Of a stretch of 64,000 bases of DNA, positions 7,967 to 16,619 are shown in pieces. The stretch is from the NCBI GenBank assembly GCA_964533715.1, contig CAZHNI010000002.1:46496-110495 (forward strand), in the 5' to 3' direction. The notes beneath the pieces were generated by a model. It was not told the DNA's origin. It did not search any database and worked only from the letters and a program-made list of their open reading frames with translations. The DNA comes from an uncultured Gammaproteobacteria bacterium. Its GTDB lineage: Bacteria; Patescibacteriota; Patescibacteriia; Magasanikbacterales; GWA2-37-8. The first letter of the stretch is position 1; each line of letters starts with the position of its first letter. The position numbers were made by a program, and so were the translations under genes.

Positions 7967-7995
7967 AACATCGGTTTAAAGCCGGTGTTTTTTTG
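7967..7995. terminator. Intrinsic terminator (8-bp stem AACATCGG / CCGGTGTT plus T7). Likely bidirectional, with an A-run on its 5' side.
   Basis: Hairpin with a 7-nt loop followed by TTTTTTT, between the convergent metK and the minus-strand gene ending at 8006. Confidence 0.6.
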
Positions 7996-8005
7996 TTCTA
8001 ATTTT

Positions 8006-9745
8006 TTATGGGGCGCTAACGGCGGCACCAAATTTGGCTCCACGATCGTCCGATGCTAGCTGATTAGAAAGGGCAGGGAGTTTAGTGTCAAAAATTTTGC
8101 CTACTACAGTGTCTTCTGCATGTACGGTTATTTCTTTTGTTATGGATAGAATGTTGCCAATTTGCTGTGGGGAAGGCGAGACGGAAACCTCAAAATATAA
8201 CCCGGTTTGGCTTTGGGCGGGCAGTTCTCTAAAATTCCAGTGTACCGTTCTAGTGTCTGCGGAATAGGTGAGCTCGGGGCCGATAGTAACGCTTTGTTTG
8301 CCGGTAAAGGCAACCCCGGGAGCAAGCGGGATGTTTACTGAAACATTGTCTACGGCGTTAACGGTGTTATTTAATGTAAGGAAAATCCAGTATTTAGTAG
8401 TTTCGCCAACGCGTGGTGGCAATGGGCCACGACCAAGCTGGTCGCCTTCAGCGGTGTAATAACGAATTTCATTTTTTCCGGAAAAATCTGTAGCCATTTG
8501 TATACTGAGAGGAGCGCTAGACTGCTTAAGCAATTGTCCAGAAACAAGTTCCGTTGATGCCTCCCAGGTAGGAGAGACGGTAAGTTGGTTGTTCGTCGGG
8601 TCGGAAGAGGCAAAGTTTTTTGCCAGTTGCAGGTTAATTATAAAATCATCTGTGGCGCCAGGTTTTGGTGCAGTTAAGGCGGTGCGTGCAAGATTATTAA
8701 TAATTAAATCTTCATGATCAACGGTGAGACGGTTATTTTTGGCTGTGGCAATTAGGTTTACCGCATGCGTGTTAAAGTGGAGACGGATTTGAGCGTTTGA
8801 AAATGCGAATGAGCTGTTATTGCGCCAGGTTATGTGGAGAGGTAATTCATCGCCGCTGTTTATAAAGGGTGGAGAGGTAGGAAAATCGGTGGTCAAATTT
8901 ACTTCTGGCTTAATAAGGGATATGCTTTGAGTATTTCTACCGAGTGGAATTGGTTGTTTGCCAACGGTGATAGTTGGAACCACTTGCGCGTTAAAGGTGG
9001 TCGCTGAAGTTGGAATAGTAAGTGTGCCGGTAAATGTTTTTGTTTCGCCTCCTTTAAGGAAAATATTTTCAAATTTTTCTTTTTCAAGGGTGCTTTGTTT
9101 CCAGTTAGTAACAATCGAAATATTTGGTACGTCGGTTGATCTTGAGTTAAAAATACTAATAGTATACGGGAGTGGTTGGTTGGGGAAAGAGGACGAAGCG
9201 GAGGAAAAAGAGGAAACCACTATACTCGCAGGTAATTCAACGAGCGTGGAGCTTAATTTTTGCTCGGTGCTAGTGTGCCCATCGGCACGATATGAAAGCG
9301 TGCCTATAATTTTTATTTCGGAGTTAGGAGTTGTCCATAGTATACCGGGGAGAACAACGCTACCCTTAGCCCCGGGTTTAATGTCGGGAAGAGTAAATCC
9401 GTTTTCTGCTGAAAAAGTTGAAGATGAAATTGTACTATAGTCAATTATAAAACCCGGAGGGAGCCGCAGTGTGATAGCGGCTTGATGAAGGGTAAATTTA
9501 TTTCGGTTGGTATATGTTGCGGACAGTTCAACTCGTTCGCCACTTTTTATGCGCGAGGTGCCGAGAGAGATTGAAAAATCAACGAGGCCGGTTGTGCCCG
9601 GTTTCCAAAAGAAGAAAAAAATGCTGGCGCCGAAAAAGGCGATGGCCAATCCAAGAAGCACGAGATCGAACACAAACAATTGCTGGGCATGTTGATAAAT
9701 ACCATGATATCGTTTGTGGTATAATTTGTGAAAAAAAGAGGTCAC
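8006..9745 (-). CDS. N-terminally membrane-anchored extracytoplasmic protein of unknown function (579 aa, Thr/Ser/Asn-rich beta-type domains)
   Basis: Single N-terminal TM helix (LVLLGLAIAFFGASIFFFFW) followed by a large hydrophilic, low-complexity beta-rich region. Confidence 0.6.
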   Translation of the reverse strand: MTSFFHKLYHKRYHGIYQHAQQLFVFDLVLLGLAIAFFGASIFFFFWKPGTTGLVDFSISLGTSRIKSGERVELSATYTNRNKFTLHQAAITLRLPPGFIIDYSTISSSTFSAENGFTLPDIKPGAKGSVVLPGILWTTPNSEIKIIGTLSYRADGHTSTEQKLSSTLVELPASIVVSSFSSASSSFPNQPLPYTISIFNSRSTDVPNISIVTNWKQSTLEKEKFENIFLKGGETKTFTGTLTIPTSATTFNAQVVPTITVGKQPIPLGRNTQSISLIKPEVNLTTDFPTSPPFINSGDELPLHITWRNNSSFAFSNAQIRLHFNTHAVNLIATAKNNRLTVDHEDLIINNLARTALTAPKPGATDDFIINLQLAKNFASSDPTNNQLTVSPTWEASTELVSGQLLKQSSAPLSIQMATDFSGKNEIRYYTAEGDQLGRGPLPPRVGETTKYWIFLTLNNTVNAVDNVSVNIPLAPGVAFTGKQSVTIGPELTYSADTRTVHWNFRELPAQSQTGLYFEVSVSPSPQQIGNILSITKEITVHAEDTVVGKIFDTKLPALSNQLASDDRGAKFGAAVSAP

Positions 9746-9915
9746 ATTTTTCTTTTAAGTTTAGTATATAAAGTATAACGATTTTAGGGTAATACTGTCA
9801 AATTAAATTTATGTTGGTTGAAAGTCAATTCGTGATTAATTCTATTTTTATTTATTGTGTGCATAAATTAATTAAAAAACCACCGGCGTTTAGGATGATG
9901 GTTTTTTAAGATTGC

Positions 9916-10254
9916 TTAGTTAGATGTTGGAGGTGGTGGTTCAGAATTTTTTGGTTGAGTAGGGGAGAGGGTTTTTGGATTGGGAGAGAACAGGGGGTTT
10001 TTTATCTTCCATTTATCAACAAATTGGCCGATTCCTTTTTGCATGAGCTTGTTTTTGATAGTAGTATGGCGCTGTGACCATTTTACTAGGCTTTCGAAAT
10101 TAAGTTTATAGCGCCCGCCAACTACCACGTAAGTTACCTCTTGGGCACGAATGGCGCGACGGATAGTTTGAGCGTTAACTCCGAACAGTCTGCCTGCTTC
10201 GGAAATAGATACCCGGATTAATTCTTTTGGTTTGTTTAATGGTGTTTCATTCAT
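9916..10254 (-). CDS. Small helix-turn-helix DNA-binding protein (excisionase/MerR-like HTH_17-type) with a Pro-rich tail
   Basis: ISEAGRLFGVNAQTIRRAIR is a typical HTH. 112 aa. Confidence 0.6.
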   Translation of the reverse strand: MNETPLNKPKELIRVSISEAGRLFGVNAQTIRRAIRAQEVTYVVVGGRYKLNFESLVKWSQRHTTIKNKLMQKGIGQFVDKWKIKNPLFSPNPKTLSPTQPKNSEPPPPTSN

Positions 10255-10405
10255 ATTTGTATACTATAGTATATACAAAATTTGAATTTTTGTCAAGTAA
10301 TGATGATTTTATGTTAGGATAGATTCTGTTTGTTTTGTATTAATATTTATTTTGTGTACACTATATTATACAATTATTGTATACACTATTGTATACAAAT
10401 TGTAA
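10253..10405. promoter_or_regulatory. Array of TTGTATAC(A) boxes, a candidate operator for the adjacent HTH protein
   Basis: TTGTATA-ctatagta-TATACAA (7-bp inverted repeat) at 10253-10274. GTGTACACTATA and ATTGTATACAC-T-ATTGTATACAA-ATTGTA direct repeats at 10353-10403. Confidence 0.4.
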
Positions 10406-10536
10406 AATTTAACACAGAGTTGCACTATTGTTTACCCTAATAACACCTACATAAAATATTTGTGGCAGGCTGTTTATTTGGAATTTAAAATCTTTTCTAA
10501 CTAAAATTGACCGATGATATATTTGTGCTCAATTGG

Positions 10537-10566
10537 TTGACCATTTAGCGGGTTATCTGATATACT
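10537..10566 (+). promoter_or_regulatory. Candidate promoter (TTGACC - 18 nt - TATACT) upstream of the ECF sigma gene
   Basis: Hexamers and spacing read from the sequence. Confidence 0.35.
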
Positions 10567-10612
10567 GGAAGAGCTAAAGTGTAACACTTTTGTTTTTTTT
10601 ACGTCTTCTAAA

Positions 10613-11170
10613 ATGCCAAGTAAGCTTAACGAAAAAATTCTTCTTTACAAATTACTTACCGAGCGCGACCCGGAAGCTTTTGCAGCTCTGTATGATATAT
10701 ATTTAACGCGCATATATCGTTTTGTGTACTTTAAAGTTTCTTCACATGAAGAAGCTGAAGATTTGACATCCGAAGTTTTTTTGAAAACTTGGCACTATAT
10801 ACAGGAGAAGCGCGAAGTGGAAAGTTTTAGTGGTCTTCTCTACAGAATTGCGCGCAACTGCATTATAGACTTATATCGTCAGAAAGCAAGCAAGCCAGAG
10901 ATTTTTACGGATGAAGAGATTGACGCCAGCGATGAAGGAAAGTGGCTCGGGGCTATGAATGTAAAGGCAGAGAATCAACAACTGTTTATAGCCTTGAAAA
11001 AATTAAAACAAGAATATCAAGAAGTTTTGACACTAAAGTATATTGATGAATTGGAGATCGATGAAATTTCGGCGATAACAGAAAAAGGGAGGGTAGCAGT
11101 ACGAGTAACCCTTCATCGCGCGCTAAAAAAATTACGAGAGATAATAGATGTTGAGGTAACCGTGCAATAA
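10613..11170 (+). CDS. ECF-type RNA polymerase sigma factor (sigma-70 regions 2 and 4)
   Basis: Region 2: AFAALYDIYLTRIYRFVYFKV...AEDLTSEVFLKTW. Region 4: LTLKYIDELEIDEISAITEKGRVAVRVTLHRALKKLRE. Confidence 0.85.
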   Translation: MPSKLNEKILLYKLLTERDPEAFAALYDIYLTRIYRFVYFKVSSHEEAEDLTSEVFLKTWHYIQEKREVESFSGLLYRIARNCIIDLYRQKASKPEIFTDEEIDASDEGKWLGAMNVKAENQQLFIALKKLKQEYQEVLTLKYIDELEIDEISAITEKGRVAVRVTLHRALKKLREIIDVEVTVQ

Positions 11171-11172
11171 AA

Positions 11173-12543
11173 ATGTACAATACTATGGGGAATCAGGATT
11201 TGATTCAACAATTAAAATCTTTGCGAAGAGCGGAAATTAACCCGCGTAAGGAATGGTTGGAAAGCAACCGGGCTTTGTTGTTGTCTCAAATTAACAATAC
11301 GTTACCGCCAGCCAGCTTGCGAAGTAAAACAGATCGCTGGCAAAATGTTTGGTCTGCCATGAGTGTGTTTGTGCCACAACGAATTGTTTATACTATAGTT
11401 AGACCGATGGCAGTAGTGGTAATTGCAGCTCTTATAATTACTACTGGTTCAATTGGCGCAGTAGACGCTGCGTATCAAGCTTTGCCGGGTGATTGGCTTT
11501 ATCCAGCCAAGCGTGCCGGTGAAAAAACACAAGTAGTCGTGGCTGGCTTAATTGGTGGGAAAAATGCCGAAACAAAATTACATGCCGAATTTGCCAAACG
11601 TCGCGCTGTAGAAACTCGTCAAATAATTACACGTGATGACCCGGGAACGGTGGCGCAAGTAGTGGCAACTGTGGCAGATTTAAAAAATGAAATTTCTACT
11701 CTGAGTCAAAGTTTAAATGATGAAAGAAAAAATGTTGGTACGTCGCTTCCGTCTGACGTGGTTCGAGAAGTAAAACAAAATGCAGAACAAATTAAAACGG
11801 TTCTCCAAGATGTTAAAATTAGTTTGAATACCACTTCTTCCCCCGAAACCCAAGCTGCTTCTCAGGCGGTGAGTGAAACCAAAGATTTGGTAAAGGACGT
11901 TTCTTTAAAAGCTGTAGGTGTTATTGTTTCAAAACATTTAGATGGTGATCAATCTATTTCTAAGGATGAAGTAACCAACGTTTTGGGTAAAACAATTCAA
12001 GATGCCGCCCTAGAAGCGGGTGATGCTAAACAAAATGTATCTGGAGTAAAAATTATTGTTGATGCCGCGAAAGTAGAAGTAAAAAATTTGGTAAATGATG
12101 ATAAGACCCAGGGGGTTACCACCACACAGCAGTTTGTGGACAAACTGGCGGCGGTTTCAAATCAAACTGTGGCCGCGGTGCTTAAAACAGAGGCGATGTC
12201 CGCTCAGGTAGATAAAAATGTTTCTGAAGCCAGAAAGTTACTTTCGGATGGAGATTTGAATAAAGTGGTTGATAAATTGAAAGAAGCCAATGAAACAACT
12301 AAAGAAGCAGAAAAAATTTCTGACGCAACTTTGCAGAAAGCCCAAACTGTTTTGCCAATTGTACAGGTTATAAAAGATTCAACTGAGGATATTAATGCGG
12401 CAGTTGTAACCACGACAGCCATAAAATCAAATCCATTAACAAACAGCGCAGACGGTCCGGTTATTGTTATGAGCTCAACACTTGTGGTAAAACCAACCTC
12501 TACCCCAGTGGTGGTACCTATTAACGTTATTATTAAGAAATAA
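11173..12543 (+). CDS. Putative anti-sigma factor / membrane protein, DUF5667-like, coupled to the ECF sigma
   Basis: Start lies 2 nt after the sigma stop. Single TM helix (MAVVVIAALIITTGSIGAV), then LPGDWLYPAKRAGEKTQ (a DUF5667-type motif, recalled from memory), then a long Lys/Glu/Thr-rich coiled region. Confidence 0.5.
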   Translation: MYNTMGNQDLIQQLKSLRRAEINPRKEWLESNRALLLSQINNTLPPASLRSKTDRWQNVWSAMSVFVPQRIVYTIVRPMAVVVIAALIITTGSIGAVDAAYQALPGDWLYPAKRAGEKTQVVVAGLIGGKNAETKLHAEFAKRRAVETRQIITRDDPGTVAQVVATVADLKNEISTLSQSLNDERKNVGTSLPSDVVREVKQNAEQIKTVLQDVKISLNTTSSPETQAASQAVSETKDLVKDVSLKAVGVIVSKHLDGDQSISKDEVTNVLGKTIQDAALEAGDAKQNVSGVKIIVDAAKVEVKNLVNDDKTQGVTTTQQFVDKLAAVSNQTVAAVLKTEAMSAQVDKNVSEARKLLSDGDLNKVVDKLKEANETTKEAEKISDATLQKAQTVLPIVQVIKDSTEDINAAVVTTTAIKSNPLTNSADGPVIVMSSTLVVKPTSTPVVVPINVIIKK

Positions 12544-12779
12544 TTTTAATAATTTTAATTTTTATCTCTCTCGAATAATTTTGGCAGACCGCGAAGGTTG
12601 TTTGAGAGAGGTAAGTTTATCGAATATGAACAGTGCTCCAAGGTCGAGGGTCCGTAAAGGATTCGCCTGTTCGGTTGTATCTTGCGGGGGTTTTAAATTC
12701 TCGTAAGAACGGCCCTAGAGTGATTGACTCAGAAATTTTTTCTGGGCGCAGCCATCTGGGGTTCATATTAATTTATTGT

Positions 12780-15700
12780 ATGTCGAATGTATTAAAGATT
12801 GCTAAAAAAGCCCTTACACTCGGCGTAGTATCGTCCACAATTTTGTGGTCCAGCATGGTTTCGGTATTGGTACCGTCTGTCGCGCAAGCGGCTTCGTGCC
12901 CAGTCCTTAACCCAGGTGACATGATTAAAGTTACCGGCAAGGCTGCTATCTACGCTGTAAATAATAGTAATAAAGTATTGTATTTCCCAAGTGGCGATGA
13001 GTTCAAGAGTTGGCGCCCGACCTACGGCGGATATGTTTCCGTCAGTCAGGATTGCTTTGACTCTTTGCAAGTTCCATCAACCTATCCTGGCGCGGTTAAC
13101 TTCCACCCAGGTTCATATGTTGTAAAACGCCCATCATCTGATCAGCTCTACGTAGTTGAACCAGGCAATACCTTAGCCAAAGTTACCCCAGAAGCAGCGA
13201 AAGCTCTTTACGGAACTGGTTATAAGGTAATGACTGTGGCGGATGCTTTCTGGCCACACTACGTTAATCGTGGTGCTGACGTAACAGAAGGCAAACCACA
13301 CCCAGGCATGCTCGTCATGAATGGTGGCAAGACATGGTATGTTGACACTGACATGAAATTGCGCGAAGTAACCGCGACCGGTATGACCGCAAACGGTTTC
13401 CAGAGCAAATTCGTACACGTGGTAACTGATGCCATGATTGCTGGTATGAGCTTTGGCGATAAAATTGACGCCGAAGTAAAAGCTTTAACTGACAAAACAC
13501 AAAGCGGTGGTGTTGCAGCTCCTACGACTCCAGTAGCCGGTGGTAGCCTTTCCTTAGCTTTGGCTTCGGACAACCCATTCTCCGCAACTGTAGTATCTGA
13601 TAACGCCAGCACTTCAAATGGTGCTCAAGCCATGATTCCAGTTTTGAAGGTTGTCTTCACTGCTGGTAATGACGGAGACGTTAAAGTTACCAGTCTTAAA
13701 TTGAAGCGTGGTGGTGTCTCGGCTGATACTGATATCAGCAACATGTACCTCTACGATGGGGATATGTTGGTTGCAAGCAACCCAAGCATCGCCAACAACA
13801 TGGTTACTTTCAGCAACTCTAACGGTGTTTTCACCGTTTCAAAGGGTAGCTCAAAGACCATTTTAGTCAAGTTGGATCTTAAGAATTCTGTATCTGCCGG
13901 TAAAACTTTGTCGTTCGGCGTTAATGCCGCTTCCGACGTAGTTCCAGCCGCCAGCTCCGGTTCTTTCCCACTTGTTGGTAACACCTTTACCACTGCTTCG
14001 GTAACTGATCTTGGTAAGCTCGCGCTTTCCAACGTCAGCCCAACTGTGGCCGGTACTGTAGATCCTGGAACCACTAACTTTGAGGTTTGGAGAATGCAAG
14101 CCCAAGGCAGTAACCAGGACATGGAATTACGCAAACTCAAAATTACTATGGTTGGCTCTGTCAACCCAGGTGATTTGAAGAATTTCGGTCTTTTTGCCGG
14201 CGCCACTCAAATTGGTTCTACCGTCGCTGAGATGGCTTCCGACAAGACAGTTACCTTTGATTTCTCCAGCGCTCCATACGTTATTACAAAGGGTCAAACC
14301 AAACAACTAAGCGTCCGCGCTGACGTTGTTGGCGGTACCAATCGTACCTTCTATGCTTCGATCCAGAATTCTGGCGATGTCATTACCTTTGACAAGAACT
14401 ATGGTGTGTTTGTAAAGACAAACGGTACCGACAGCTTCACGATTGTGCAAGCTGGTGGCAGCAGTTCAGTAAACTGGACTGTTAACACGGGTACTCTTTC
14501 CCAGACCTTGTCCAGTGATTCTCCGACTGGTAACGTAGCTTCAAGCTCCGTTAATACCATTCTCGCCAGATTCATGTGGAAAGCCAATGGTGAAGATATC
14601 AAAGTTTCAAGTCTCAACGTATCAAGTACCATTACCGGTGGCCCTGCCACACCTGTCCTCAAGAATGTTCGTCTCTTGGTTGACGGATCGCAAGTTGGTT
14701 CAACCATTTCAAGCTTAACCGCCAACGGTGCTTCCAACAATGGTTGGGGAACGTTTGGCAGTAGCTTTATTGTAAAATCAGGAACTTCTGCTAAGGTAGA
14801 AATTTCTGCCGATCTCACCGATACATCTATTGGTGCTGGTCAAACAATAACTGTTGGCACCCCAGCCGGTTCCAGCAATGGTCAAGGCACTGTTTCTCTT
14901 ACGAACGTAAGTTCCGTATTGAAGAATGGTAACACTCTTACTGTAAAAGGCGGTACCGTTAATGTTACCAAGAACGCTTCCTTCGGCGACAAATCATCGA
15001 CTAACCCAACTGGTCCAGTTAATGCCCAGGCCGTCAAAGTAGCCTCCTTTGTGGTTACTGCTGGCGCGGGTGAAGATGTAGAACTCAGTCAAGTAGTTTT
15101 GAAGGACAATAGCTCCAACTGTATCGGAACTTCCCTTCAAAATGTATTGTTGAAAGATGCTTCTGGTAAACAACTCGGAGCCACCTGGACTAACCCGGGA
15201 ACCTCGAGCTGTGGAAACAACAGCAACACCTTTAACATCACTCCAGCTGTTACTATTTCCAATGGTGCTCAATACGTGGTTGATGTGTACGCCGATCTTA
15301 AGGCCTCACTTTCTGCCACCGCTATCATGAAGGTTGACTCAGTAACCGCTACCGGCAAGAATACCGGTACCGATGCCAGCTACAGCACTGCCGTAGCTTT
15401 GCAGAACATGTTTGTATCTTCGTCCGGCGCCTTAATGGTGCAAACCGACTCAGATACATCCGTTGCTACTAACCAACTCATGGGTCAAACCGATCAGGTT
15501 ATTGGCAAATTCAAAATTTCTGCCAGTTCAACCGAAGCGGTAAATATTACTCAATTAGTAGTAAGTGGTATTTTCAGTAGCGGAGCTACCGGTACCGTTC
15601 GCAATATTCGCTTAGTCGATGATGCAACCGGTCAACAGGTAGGCAGCGCTGTTTCAGCCTTCAGTGATACTGTGGCTGGTACTAATGCAGCGACCACCAC

Positions 15701-16505
15701 ATACTCGCATGCTACTTTCAGCAGCCTCAATCTCCAGATTGCCAAGGGTACTTCCAAGACCTTGTCTGTAAAGGTTGACTTTACATCCTACGAGGACACT
15801 GGTCTTAGTACCACCGGTCAAACTGTTGCTCTAGTTGTCTTACGCACCTATTATGGTTCTTCAGGCAACAATCCAGTAACAGCTACCGGCGCTTCTTCTG
15901 GAACTTCGCTGACAGCAACAATTTCTGATTCTGGAACTATTCAGTCATTCGCGGGTGCTATTGGTGGCTATGGCTCTACCTCCACCTTGTATCGCGCCAA
16001 GCTTACAACCGCTTGGGCCTCCGATACACCAAGTGGTGCTTCTTCACCATCATCCGCTCAGACAATTGCTAAGTTTGTAATTACCAACTTAGCTAACTCT
16101 GGATCGTACACAGCTACAGTTAACTTAGTTAACTTTAACTTCTCCACCACGATCTCAGCCGCGGCTGGGGCTTCCATGAGCCAAGCCATGAATGTCTATA
16201 AGGATTCGCTTTCGACAACAGCCTTAGCTACTACATACTGGACGTACACCGGTGCTTCAACTGGTAACCCGTATGCTATGTCTGGCAATACTATTATCAC
16301 TGATGCAAACTTTACAGATGTAGATATTGCAGCCGGCGCCTCCAAGACATTCTACGTAACTCAAGACACCAGTGCCGCCGCGAGCACGAAGTCGCTCTCG
16401 GTTAGAATCGCTGGTAGCCAGGTGACGTGGACAGATGGCGTAAGCAGTAGTCTTACTGTTATGGGCCAAGATCTGCCACTTCAATTCAAGACGTTCACTT
16501 ACTAA
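12780..16505 (+). CDS. Giant secreted Thr/Ser/Gly/Val-rich cell-surface protein (1241 aa; repeated Ig-like beta-sandwich-type segments; S-layer/adhesin candidate)
   Basis: Signal peptide MSNVLKIAKKALTLGVVSSTILWSSMVSVLVPSVAQAAS. The real start is the ATG at 12780. The listed extension from 12633 has no coding character. Confidence 0.75.
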   Translation: MSNVLKIAKKALTLGVVSSTILWSSMVSVLVPSVAQAASCPVLNPGDMIKVTGKAAIYAVNNSNKVLYFPSGDEFKSWRPTYGGYVSVSQDCFDSLQVPSTYPGAVNFHPGSYVVKRPSSDQLYVVEPGNTLAKVTPEAAKALYGTGYKVMTVADAFWPHYVNRGADVTEGKPHPGMLVMNGGKTWYVDTDMKLREVTATGMTANGFQSKFVHVVTDAMIAGMSFGDKIDAEVKALTDKTQSGGVAAPTTPVAGGSLSLALASDNPFSATVVSDNASTSNGAQAMIPVLKVVFTAGNDGDVKVTSLKLKRGGVSADTDISNMYLYDGDMLVASNPSIANNMVTFSNSNGVFTVSKGSSKTILVKLDLKNSVSAGKTLSFGVNAASDVVPAASSGSFPLVGNTFTTASVTDLGKLALSNVSPTVAGTVDPGTTNFEVWRMQAQGSNQDMELRKLKITMVGSVNPGDLKNFGLFAGATQIGSTVAEMASDKTVTFDFSSAPYVITKGQTKQLSVRADVVGGTNRTFYASIQNSGDVITFDKNYGVFVKTNGTDSFTIVQAGGSSSVNWTVNTGTLSQTLSSDSPTGNVASSSVNTILARFMWKANGEDIKVSSLNVSSTITGGPATPVLKNVRLLVDGSQVGSTISSLTANGASNNGWGTFGSSFIVKSGTSAKVEISADLTDTSIGAGQTITVGTPAGSSNGQGTVSLTNVSSVLKNGNTLTVKGGTVNVTKNASFGDKSSTNPTGPVNAQAVKVASFVVTAGAGEDVELSQVVLKDNSSNCIGTSLQNVLLKDASGKQLGATWTNPGTSSCGNNSNTFNITPAVTISNGAQYVVDVYADLKASLSATAIMKVDSVTATGKNTGTDASYSTAVALQNMFVSSSGALMVQTDSDTSVATNQLMGQTDQVIGKFKISASSTEAVNITQLVVSGIFSSGATGTVRNIRLVDDATGQQVGSAVSAFSDTVAGTNAATTTYSHATFSSLNLQIAKGTSKTLSVKVDFTSYEDTGLSTTGQTVALVVLRTYYGSSGNNPVTATGASSGTSLTATISDSGTIQSFAGAIGGYGSTSTLYRAKLTTAWASDTPSGASSPSSAQTIAKFVITNLANSGSYTATVNLVNFNFSTTISAAAGASMSQAMNVYKDSLSTTALATTYWTYTGASTGNPYAMSGNTIITDANFTDVDIAAGASKTFYVTQDTSAAASTKSLSVRIAGSQVTWTDGVSSSLTVMGQDLPLQFKTFTY

Positions 16506-16557
16506 GCCAATGTAGTGGTTTAGCAGTAACGTTCGTTTATCGGTACACAACCGATAC

Positions 16558-16590
16558 AACCCCCGCCGCAATGGCGGGGGTTGTTTTATT
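16558..16590 (+). terminator. Intrinsic terminator (CCCCCGCC-gcaat-GGCGGGGG followed by TTGTTTT)
   Basis: Perfect 8-bp GC stem plus a T-run immediately after the giant surface-protein gene. Confidence 0.7.
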
Positions 16591-16619
16591 ATTAAAATTA
16601 TAGTAAAATAAAATAAAAA

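Noticed and set aside
9746-9915. Possible terminator AAACCACC...GATGGTTTTTT between two minus-strand genes
   Set aside because: The stem has a central mismatch and the arrangement is ambiguous in an AT-rich spacer. Too weak to list as a feature.
12633-12779. N-terminal 49-codon extension of the giant surface protein as listed in the ORF table
   Set aside because: The signal peptide begins at the ATG at 12780. The upstream stretch lacks coding character and contains inverted repeats, so it is treated as leader.
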